Below, in pieces: positions 19,001-25,415 of a stretch of DNA of 32,000 nt. Under the pieces are notes generated by a model. It had not been told where the DNA came from, did not search any database, and saw only the letters and a program-made list of their open reading frames with translations. The first letter of the stretch is position 1. Each line of letters begins with the position of its first letter. Source of the stretch: Candidatus Saccharimonadota bacterium. Lineage in GTDB: Bacteria > Bacteroidota > Bacteroidia > Cytophagales > Amoebophilaceae. The position numbers were made by a program, and so were the translations under genes. Where the stretch lies: the NCBI RefSeq assembly GCF_965196625.1, contig NZ_OZ239769.1, positions 690,001-722,000 on the forward strand, in the 5' to 3' direction.

Positions 19001-19445
19001 CTTCACCATGGCGTATAATGGTTTTAGGAATTTCTGCACCCAGGCAACAGGTAGTGGCGATGAGGCCTTCTTTATATTGTTTGAGTAAAGCTTTATCGAT
19101 GCGGGGTTTGTAATAATAGCCTTCTAAAAAACCTAGCGAACATAATTTGGTAATGTTTTGATAGCCTATGGCATTTTTGGCCAACAACAACTGATGGTAA
19201 CGGGTTTTATCTTTATGGTCATGCCGATCAGCTGCCATATAGAACTCGCAGCCTATAATGGGTTTTACTCCTTCTTTAGCGGCTGTAGCTACAAATTGGG
19301 GCACGCCAAACATATTGCCATGGTCTGTAATGGCTAATGCATTCATTCCCAACTGTTTATTGGCTGCTACCAAACGTGCTACTTTGGCGGCTCCATCCAA
19401 TAGGGAGTATTCTGTATGGCAATGTAAATGGCAAAAGTGATGCAT
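16008..19445 (-). CDS. dnaE: DNA polymerase III alpha subunit
   Basis: 1145 aa. PHP domain HLHCHTEYSLLDGA...AITDHGNMFG, palm motif FERFLNPERVSMPDIDVDF, LKMDFLGLKTL, FNRSHAAAYS, and a C-terminal OB-fold region. Confidence 0.97.
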   Translation of the reverse strand: MHHFCHLHCHTEYSLLDGAAKVARLVAANKQLGMNALAITDHGNMFGVPQFVATAAKEGVKPIIGCEFYMAADRHDHKDKTRYHQLLLAKNAIGYQNITKLCSLGFLEGYYYKPRIDKALLKQYKEGLIATTCCLGAEIPKTIIRHGEAAAEKIFVEWLELFGEDYYIELQRHGIKEQEICNALLLRWAEKYNVKVIATNDVHYIAQQDSLAQDVLLCLQTGKDYNDPNRMRFSNDQFFLKSPVEMAQLFSDVPAAITNTQTLIEKIETPSLTRDVLLPIFQLPSGFSDPNRYLTHLAFSGARVKYGTISEEVESRLNYELAIIAQTGFAGYFLIVQDFIQAAVTLDVIVGPGRGSVAGSLVAFCIGITKIDPLRYNLLFERFLNPERVSMPDIDVDFDDEGRKKVIDYVIQKYGKNQVASIITFGSMAAKSAIRDVARVLGVPLARANYMTKLIPDKLGITLSEAFEEVKELAEIKKALTTPEGKVLDLAERLEGLVRHTGIHAAGIIIAPDDIVEYIPVKTDKNSDLLVTQYDGSVLEGTGMLKMDFLGLKTLSIIKDALLLIQQNRNVSINIDEIPLDDPIAFQLYQSGNTKGTFQFESEGMRQWLMKLQPTTMEELIAMNALYRPGPMQFIPNFIARKHGKEAIEYPHPLLESILKPTYGIMIYQEQIIQTAQRMAGYTLGGADLLRKAMGKKNAAEMARQRDIFVTGAAQKHQIPKEKALAVFEIMEKFAQYGFNRSHAAAYSLIAYQTAYLKAHYPTEYMAAVLTHNQGDIEKIAFFMEESRQQGLSVLGPDINKSQVNFSAGLHKEIRFGLGAIKGAGEAAVTAIIAARAQKGAFEDIFDFIESIQLKSVNKKTMESLALSGAFDTFKGVHRRQYVYEAAGSSFIEKVIQYRNRIQKERMEALQSLFAASGYSQIKKPEPVDCAPYEPLEQLRIEKELVGFYISGHPLDPFKIDIASFCNVTTQNILATSRKAVTIAGILTDATIKQNGKGNAFALLTLDDYHGSFNFALFGEDYLKHKHLLEAGKLLFLTGHVAPRYGKQETQTFKPQTIHLLEEMRERMAKGIHLTLKQHHINPSLVDALEASIKQHPGKFFVKLSIIDDEDQITIPTLSTQYRVALNNALFELLNEHAIDFYLST

Positions 19446-19485
19446 GGTTAAAGGATATGATCTATGGGCCCTAAGGGCTAATTTG

Positions 19486-20295
19486 TTATATAAGTTCCTG
19501 GATATGCGCTTTCGACAAACCAGTAAGGTGGATGACCTCTTTGGATCCCTCTTCTTTTGCTTGTTTTTGCAATTTTTCTATTGTATTGGCTTCTATTCTC
19601 CACCATTTTAAGCGGTCTTCATAGTAGATTCTTTCCTCATCGGTAAGGTACATTGTCTCTAAAACATGCAAAGCCTTCTTGAGGCTGCTGTTCGCCAATG
19701 GTTGGGGTAAGTTGTCTTTATGGAGTAAGTCGTGACGGGTAAGAAAAGCAGTCCAAATGTCTAAAGAGGTTTTTATCTTTGTCAATAAGGTGTTGAGATT
19801 TTCATTGGGATCATTACTGAACTTAGAAAGTTCTATGGTATGCAATTCTAAATTGGTAAAGTAGGGCAGACCGTTTTCTTCTTCTGTGATATGGAATGTA
19901 TTATGATACTTCTTGCTATCTGCGATAGACATAAAGTGAAGGATATGAATGGCTATGGCTTTATGTAGGGTAGAGTAGGGTTGGGAAGCTTTTAATTTAT
20001 CGGCATAGCGCTTGGCCCAATGATATAAGGCAGGCTTGTCATAATCTGCATGATCGATGATTTGGATTTCTATATTAAATTTTTTACCTGTTTCACCTAT
20101 TGCTTTTATATCTAGTATAGATAGGTTATCATTTATAAAATTTTTTGGGTTATAGGGGTTGGGTAGGGTAACCTCTACGACTTGATCTTCTGGCGCAACG
20201 GTAGCATTTATTAAGGCAATCAGGAGATCCTTATTTTCTTCTATACCAAATATTTTTTTGAAGACTAAGTTTATTTTTGGGGTACTCTTTTCCAT
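19486..20295 (-). CDS. Rpn-family recombination-promoting nuclease / putative transposase (PDDEXK_2, TIGR01784-like)
   Basis: Family-typical N-terminus (LVFKKIFGIEENKDLLIALINA), PD-(D/E)XK core (LSILDIKA....KKFNIEIQ), YHWAKRYADKL, and AIAIHILHF...ELHTIELSKF. The start is placed at MEKSTPK (20295). The track's 34-codon extension to 20397 runs into the left arm of an inverted-repeat element. Confidence 0.82.
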   Translation of the reverse strand: MEKSTPKINLVFKKIFGIEENKDLLIALINATVAPEDQVVEVTLPNPYNPKNFINDNLSILDIKAIGETGKKFNIEIQIIDHADYDKPALYHWAKRYADKLKASQPYSTLHKAIAIHILHFMSIADSKKYHNTFHITEEENGLPYFTNLELHTIELSKFSNDPNENLNTLLTKIKTSLDIWTAFLTRHDLLHKDNLPQPLANSSLKKALHVLETMYLTDEERIYYEDRLKWWRIEANTIEKLQKQAKEEGSKEVIHLTGLSKAHIQELI

Positions 20296-20385
20296 AGCGT
20301 ATATTTTTTGATGATATAGGACTCGACATACAAGATACATCGTTTTTATGGAATTTGGTTTAGCTGCTCTTTGCCCGTGTTCTGC

Positions 20386-20601
20386 CAATGGCGTCAACTT
20401 AAGGAAACGCTATGCTAGCTCAGAGATGCAAATGGATTGTTTGTATACTCCAGTGCCGCTGTAAAATAGAAAAAACACGTCTTTTCATTGTAGCTATGCT
20501 ACAAAACAAGAAAACCCCCGTCCATTGTAAAAAGGGGTAGGCGTATCATCCTATTTATCAGGCAAAAAATTCAATATAAATGCTTTAAGTTGACGCTATT
20601 G
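20386..20601. mobile_element. MITE-like or long-palindrome element (~216 bp) bounded by 17-bp inverted repeats
   Basis: The reverse complement of CAATGGCGTCAACTTAA (20386-20402) is TTAAGTTGACGCCATTG, which matches TTAAGTTGACGCTATTG (20585-20601) at 16/17 positions. There is no credible ORF inside. It lies between the lipoprotein gene stop and the Rpn-like gene start. Confidence 0.5.
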
Positions 20602-20704
20602 CGTGTTCTGCCGTCCGCCGATAAAGCATGAGGCACGCAGTAGTTTGCTTAGGGCTTATATTTGCCATAGTATTAACCCTCAATACCCTTAAAAGGTATG
20701 GCTT

Positions 20705-22258
20705 TTATTGTTTTTTTTTAGAAGTATTAGTCTCTTTCAGTTGATTGTTGATTCTTGTTTTGATTGTACTTAATGCGTTATCTACATTCGATACATTTTT
20801 AATGTTATTAAGTTCAGTTAAAAGTTTATTTCTCTTAGTATTTTGGTCACTTTTGGGATCTTGTAAAACAGATTCTATAGACTTGAGCTGTTCAATATCT
20901 ATACCATTAACAAACGTGCTAATAGCTTTAATTACATTCTTATACTGTTTCTTGTTGTATGCTAATAGGTTTTGTAAACTATTTTTTATTTCTTCTTTTT
21001 CTTTTACTACTGAGTCAGGGCTCTGGTCAGTATCATTTTGATTAGTTGTGCTATTGTCATTGTCATTATTTTTACTTGAAGCAACCTCTATTACAGGAGA
21101 TGAGCTAGCTGATATTGTTTCAGGATTTTTTACATTTTCTGCATAATTTGCATTATTATTATCTTGATTTTCTTCAGAAAATGCCCCCGGCCTTCCTTCT
21201 TCAGAACCTCCTTTATCACTTTGATCAGAACCCTTCCCAGCTTCCCCCGACTTTCTTTCAGAACCCTCTCCAACACTTGTACTAGCACCTTTCCTAGGTC
21301 CCTCCACCTTTCCTTCAGGACCTTTTCCACCACTTGCACTAGAACTCTCCTCAGCTACCCCCGAGCCTTCTTCAGAACCTCCTTTATCACTTGTATCAGA
21401 ACTCTTCTCAGGCTCCCCAGACCCTCCTTTAGAATCTGTTTTACCACCACTTGAATTAGGATTCTTCCCATCTACCCCCGGCTCTTTTTTACCAGCTGAC
21501 TTATCACTTCTTTTTAGCTCTTCTTCCTCAATTGAGTGGATGGCATCGTAGAATATAGGCAAGGCATTATCCATTAATGGCCTTGAGGCTGTTATCACTT
21601 CTTTCCATAAAGTTGTCGCTTGCTCGAGAAGAGGCTGTAATGCTGTCTGATCTTGAGCAGAAAGTTTCTGAAACTTTTCTCGGTGGTTAGTTAACTGAGC
21701 CAACTCGTTTTCGTTCTTTTGCTTCACCCTATTAAACTGAGGATTTATAAGCTTTAGTTGAACATCTTTAAGATACCCTTGATATACTGTATAAAGCTCC
21801 TGAATTGTCTTTATATTTTGCTGACCACCTGCTTTTTCAGATTTGGGGTTTTTCTTACCGAAAGCTTTTTCTAGCTTAGAATAAGCTTCTTTTGCTTCCG
21901 ATTCCTTTTTAAGGCAATCAGATAACTCTTGAAGTTCCTTAGAAGATAGCTTAAAAAGTTTCTCCTGAAACGCCGTATCGAACTTGCTTTTAATAAATGC
22001 TTCAGGTACATGTGGGAATGCTTTAGCAGATTTATCCTTACAGTAGCTTTCTAGTATACCTGTTATAAGTTTTTGTTTGCGCGCTCCATCAGACTTTTCC
22101 ATACCTTTTGGTATGGTTACAGGTCCAATAATATTTAGCAATGATCTAGATGTAGAATCCTTTTTGCCCCCCGAGCAGCATGTCATAGATACACCCACTA
22201 AACTAAATAAAACAATTGTTTTACAGATACTTTTTATATGATTCATAATTAATAGCAT
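20705..22258 (-). CDS. Hypothetical lipoprotein with a central low-complexity G/S/E/K-rich repeat region (lineage-specific)
   Basis: 517 aa. Signal peptide with Cys (IVLFSLVGVSMTCCSGG). Helical K/E/Q-rich flanks surround a central acidic Gly/Ser-rich block containing SD.SDKGGSEEG twice. The underlying DNA has a direct repeat at 21195 and 21366, about 171 bp apart. Confidence 0.75.
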   Translation of the reverse strand: MLLIMNHIKSICKTIVLFSLVGVSMTCCSGGKKDSTSRSLLNIIGPVTIPKGMEKSDGARKQKLITGILESYCKDKSAKAFPHVPEAFIKSKFDTAFQEKLFKLSSKELQELSDCLKKESEAKEAYSKLEKAFGKKNPKSEKAGGQQNIKTIQELYTVYQGYLKDVQLKLINPQFNRVKQKNENELAQLTNHREKFQKLSAQDQTALQPLLEQATTLWKEVITASRPLMDNALPIFYDAIHSIEEEELKRSDKSAGKKEPGVDGKNPNSSGGKTDSKGGSGEPEKSSDTSDKGGSEEGSGVAEESSSASGGKGPEGKVEGPRKGASTSVGEGSERKSGEAGKGSDQSDKGGSEEGRPGAFSEENQDNNNANYAENVKNPETISASSSPVIEVASSKNNDNDNSTTNQNDTDQSPDSVVKEKEEIKNSLQNLLAYNKKQYKNVIKAISTFVNGIDIEQLKSIESVLQDPKSDQNTKRNKLLTELNNIKNVSNVDNALSTIKTRINNQLKETNTSKKKQ

Positions 22259-22302
22259 TAAGATGCGTTTACTTAAAATAGTATATAAACTGTATTAAAA
22301 CG

Positions 22303-22377
22303 GGTGAAAGACGGGATTCGAACCCGCGACCCTTGGTACCACAAACCAATGCTCTAACCAGCTGAGCTACATTCACC
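22303..22377 (-). tRNA. tRNA-His (anticodon GUG) with genomically encoded G-1; no encoded CCA
   Basis: The minus strand reads G-GTGAATG-TA-GCTC-AGCTGGTTA-GAGC-A-TTGGT-TTGTGGT-ACCAA-GGGTC-GCGGG-TTCGAAT-CCCGT-CTTTCAC-C. This folds as a cloverleaf with a GTG anticodon in a 7-nt loop, a TTCGAAT T-loop and G-1 opposite C73. The next bases are CGT, not CCA. Confidence 0.92.
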
Positions 22378-22408
22378 ATATACAACTAGCCTTATATAGC
22401 CATTCGGC

Positions 22409-22558
22409 TAATGGACCTCTTTGAAAACCTTTTTCTGATACCCATTTTGGCGCTAAATTTTGTCTATACTCCTCAAATATAGCTAGTATTTTGCGGTGCT
22501 CGACTGCGTTTCTCTTAAAAGGTGTGCCCCACAAATAGGCTCTCAAAGAGGTCTAATA
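22409..22558 (+). mobile_element. MITE-like element, copy B (~150 bp), same family as 3171-3318
   Basis: The left end TAATGGACCTCTTTGAAAACC (22409-22429) matches the reverse complement of the right end GGCTCTCAAAGAGGTCTAATA (22538-22558), which is TATTAGACCTCTTTGAGAGCC, at 18/21 positions. The internal segment CTCCTCAAATAT.GCTAGTATTTTGCGGTGCTCGACTGCGTTTCTCTTAAAA is highly similar to copy A. Confidence 0.75.
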
Positions 22559-22639
22559 AAGAACCAGATTCCCAAATTTAAACAAAAAAATAAAAATTTC
22601 AAAAAATAGGCGTTATCCTAGGGTAGGATCTCTTTATTG

Positions 22640-23866
22640 TTATGCTGATGCAGAGTCAGCCATAATGAGCATAGCCACAAAAGCCAATAGCGCTATATAA
22701 CAGGCAGGCGCTATGGGGCTATTATAGCTATAAAAAAGGTAGAAACAGATCGCCGCAGCAGGCTTTCCAAACAAACTGCTGCCCAAGACTGTAGCGAATC
22801 CTATTGTGGCATAAGGTGTTGCGCTAGCTACTTGCTCTTTGGCCCAAATCGTTAAAAAGCAGCTAAAGACTACGCCCCAAAAGATCAGCCAACAACGTAC
22901 AACGGTTACATAAGCCATAGAGGCCTCTGGTAATCCGGCAAAAAGAGGAATAATCGATAAAGCAACCAAGCCACTGGCTATGGCCATAAGGTTGTTGTGA
23001 TCATAGTTGTGTGCCACTTTAGCGATCCAACCAATTAATATGATATCTAATACCATAAAAATAGGAAGGTATTGCATCATAGTGGAATAGCTAATCGTGG
23101 TGACCATGGGCACAAAACTATTCATAAATAGAAAAGGAATCGTATAAGCAACGTAACCAAATCCAGCCACTATAGCGATGCGCATAATAGGCTGACGTGC
23201 TTGCCAAAGTTGTAGATATAGGTTTTTTTTTTGTTCCATAGGGTGGCAACATGTTTCCATATCTGTTGTCCTAAATCTACAGCGCACATTCAATAGCGTT
23301 ACTAGCGCTGCGATTAAAAAGGGCAAACGCCAGTAGGGTAGGGGGTCTTTGATCCATGCCAGACAGCTGCCTACTGCTCCAGCAGATAAAATACCCACCA
23401 TAGTAGAGGCTTCATACCATGCGGAAAGTTTTTTAGCCCGTTTCATCGTCAGCTCTTTCAGCAGGTAGATTTTAGCAATGTTTCCTTCTCCTGCTGCACA
23501 TGACTCTGCACAGGTTCTAGCCATCAGCAACCAGACGATACTCCATATCGATCCCTCTGGATAGACTGGTAAGCAGCCCATAACCATTAAACTGATGCCT
23601 ATACCCAAAAGCGTATGGCGCAATACAATACTTTCTGCTCTGTTTTGGGCCATTTTGCTAAAAACAAGCAATCCAACTGGCTTGGCTACAAAGGAAATGA
23701 GCAAAGGACTATACCCCCCTATCAACTGGACTACTAGCGCTTTTTTCGGGAAAAAAAGCGGTGCAATAATCGGAACCAAATAACCATATAAAGCATTGTC
23801 AAAATGCATTAGGGCATTGGCGATTACTATGGATAGTTGTGGTTTGGATATAAATTTTTGCTTCAT
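22640..23866 (-). CDS. Major facilitator superfamily-like transporter (metabolite:H+ symporter-like)
   Basis: 408 aa with about 12 hydrophobic segments. The N-terminal pattern (ANALMHFDNALYGYLVPIIAPLFFP) resembles ProP/MHS-type MFS proteins (FDF.LYG....YFA..FFP). The usual loop 2-3 GDR.GRK motif is not evident. Confidence 0.6.
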   Translation of the reverse strand: MKQKFISKPQLSIVIANALMHFDNALYGYLVPIIAPLFFPKKALVVQLIGGYSPLLISFVAKPVGLLVFSKMAQNRAESIVLRHTLLGIGISLMVMGCLPVYPEGSIWSIVWLLMARTCAESCAAGEGNIAKIYLLKELTMKRAKKLSAWYEASTMVGILSAGAVGSCLAWIKDPLPYWRLPFLIAALVTLLNVRCRFRTTDMETCCHPMEQKKNLYLQLWQARQPIMRIAIVAGFGYVAYTIPFLFMNSFVPMVTTISYSTMMQYLPIFMVLDIILIGWIAKVAHNYDHNNLMAIASGLVALSIIPLFAGLPEASMAYVTVVRCWLIFWGVVFSCFLTIWAKEQVASATPYATIGFATVLGSSLFGKPAAAICFYLFYSYNSPIAPACYIALLAFVAMLIMADSASA

Positions 23867-24025
23867 CTATGATAGGATCAGATTTTCTTTATCACGTAAA
23901 AATAATGAATCATTTAAAATATGCCCATTCATTTGACGTTTGACGCTATTGGCTCATAAGCTACCTTTATATATTAGCTGATACACTTAATCCTACTTAC
24001 TGCTGACGCTTATATAGCGCTTTCA

Positions 24026-24886
24026 TCATGTAATATAGTCCTTCAGATCTATTGATCTATCTTTCTTTTTAAGGAAATTGAAGAAGTCATCTTTGATCGC
24101 ATCAGATCCTGAACAAACTACAAGTGGCAAAAGAACGTGAATGGTTTGCAAGTAAGATGTGAAGTTCGAGTAGAAATCAGAGTAAAATGTATCTTGATCA
24201 ATGGTATTAAAATATTTCAATAATAATATTTTTAGGTAAGTCATCTCTTCATTGTAGTGCGGATAGACTTCTTTGTTAAAGGATTGCTCAAAATGCGTTA
24301 ATCTTTCATATAATTTTTTTTTGTCTAGTTTGCTTTGCAATAGACTGTCTATGACCTCCGAGATCATCTTGAGACACTTTTGCTTGTATGCTTCAGGAAT
24401 TTTTCTGAAACTTTTATGGATTAGAAACAAACCTTCCGGATCTTTTCTAAATATTTCTTCCTCATTTCCAAAAACTTGTTTGCCCTGCTGCCAAATTTCT
24501 TGTGCTTTTTTAGCAGCTGGCTTCCCCTCCGGCCCAAGGAAAGGTAGCTTATCATGCTGGAGAATATAGTTATAAAGATCTGAAATTAGTATGCCAATAT
24601 TACCGATATCTTCAAAATCAAGTACTAAGCTAGTATAATATCCTTCCCAGCGTTTACGGTTTATTTTGTTAAAGGAATATTCTTTTGCGTGTTGATCTGC
24701 ATATTCATCTGCCTTGCGCATGTATGCATCCATGAGCTGCTCTGTCTTATTTGTTCTTTCATGATCCATAACTGGCTCCTGTTTACTGGTACTTGGATGA
24801 TCCATATCCATATTATAGACCGTAAGCTTACCTAACCCACTACACGATGCCACCAGTGGCAATAAAAACAGCATATGCATGACCAT
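24026..24886 (-). CDS. Hypothetical lipoprotein (lineage-specific)
   Basis: 286 aa ORF. Short signal peptide with lipobox (MLFLLPLVASCSG). The rest is helical and K/E/Y/F-rich, with no motif I recognise. Confidence 0.65.
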   Translation of the reverse strand: MVMHMLFLLPLVASCSGLGKLTVYNMDMDHPSTSKQEPVMDHERTNKTEQLMDAYMRKADEYADQHAKEYSFNKINRKRWEGYYTSLVLDFEDIGNIGILISDLYNYILQHDKLPFLGPEGKPAAKKAQEIWQQGKQVFGNEEEIFRKDPEGLFLIHKSFRKIPEAYKQKCLKMISEVIDSLLQSKLDKKKLYERLTHFEQSFNKEVYPHYNEEMTYLKILLLKYFNTIDQDTFYSDFYSNFTSYLQTIHVLLPLVVCSGSDAIKDDFFNFLKKKDRSIDLKDYIT

Positions 24887-25001
24887 GATCTAGACCTAAT
24901 TTTAGATGAATTAAACTATTGAATTATATAATAATATAAATAAATAATAGGATTATATTAAATAAATTTGTAAAAAGCAAATAAATTGGGTAGTTACTCA
25001 G

Positions 25002-25260
25002 GAAAGGGTTGATAGGCTATTTTTTTTGCTTCATAAAGCAGTAAGGAAAGGAATGGTAGATGCTAAATGGAAAGGGCTTGAGTGGTTATAATGGATAGAG
25101 GTTCAACGGTGTTTATTTGCTTTTTATTAAAAAATTTCCGATCCTAGCACTTGATGCGTTGAAAAAGCATTCTCCAAACCTATATGAAGAAAATAATGAT
25201 GGCCACACTGTTATGGATGTAGTAGTAACATTGCATTCAGATGAAGTCCCGATAAAAAAC
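25002..25260 (+). pseudogene. Possible decayed ankyrin-repeat gene remnant (frameshifted fragments)
   Basis: Frame 3 of 25029-25088 reads LHKAVRKGMVDAKWKGLEWL*, resembling the ankyrin core LH.A...G..D....LL. Frame 1 at about 25186-25230 reads NNDGHTVMDVVV, resembling D..G.T.L..A. The fragments are in different frames and interrupted by stops. This is a weak pattern match only. Confidence 0.2.
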
Positions 25261-25415
25261 AGTTCGTTGCATTATTTTACTGTGTGCCAAATTTTTTATC
25301 AACCGAAACCAGAGCGCCGGAAACCAAAACGCGGCTATAAAAAGATAGCCATACGAACGGCTTATTTAGGTCTATCAGCTCGGGGTATAACTACAAAAAA
25401 GCAGCTCAATACAAA

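Noticed and set aside
16042-19440. Plus-strand ORFs inside dnaE (16042-16272, 16533-16847, 17728-18099, 19258-19440).
   Set aside because: They are antisense to a strongly supported 1145-aa dnaE gene. They have no motifs and their composition is typical of shadow ORFs.
20296-20397. 34-codon N-terminal extension of the Rpn-like ORF (MTPLAEHGQRAAKPNS...).
   Set aside because: It runs into the left arm of the inverted-repeat element and precedes the family-typical N-terminus. It is likely an artefact of an open frame in non-coding DNA.
21130-21454. Overlapping ORFs 21130-21339 (minus, alternative frame) and 21164-21454 (plus) with repetitive sequences.
   Set aside because: They are a by-product of the low-complexity, purine/pyrimidine-skewed repeat inside the 517-aa lipoprotein gene, which keeps several frames open.
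23939-23952. TTGACGCTATTG match to the right arm of the 20386-20601 element, considered as a third element end.
   Set aside because: It is a single ~12-nt match with no partner inverted arm nearby, so it may be chance. It is mentioned under the element finding only as something to test genome-wide.
25333-25350. Hairpin GGCTAT-aaaaag-ATAGCC as a terminator for the helicase gene (minus strand).
   Set aside because: It has a short 6-bp stem, lies ~65 nt from the stop codon, and has only an interrupted T-run (gcgTTTTggTTT) after it. This is too weak to call.
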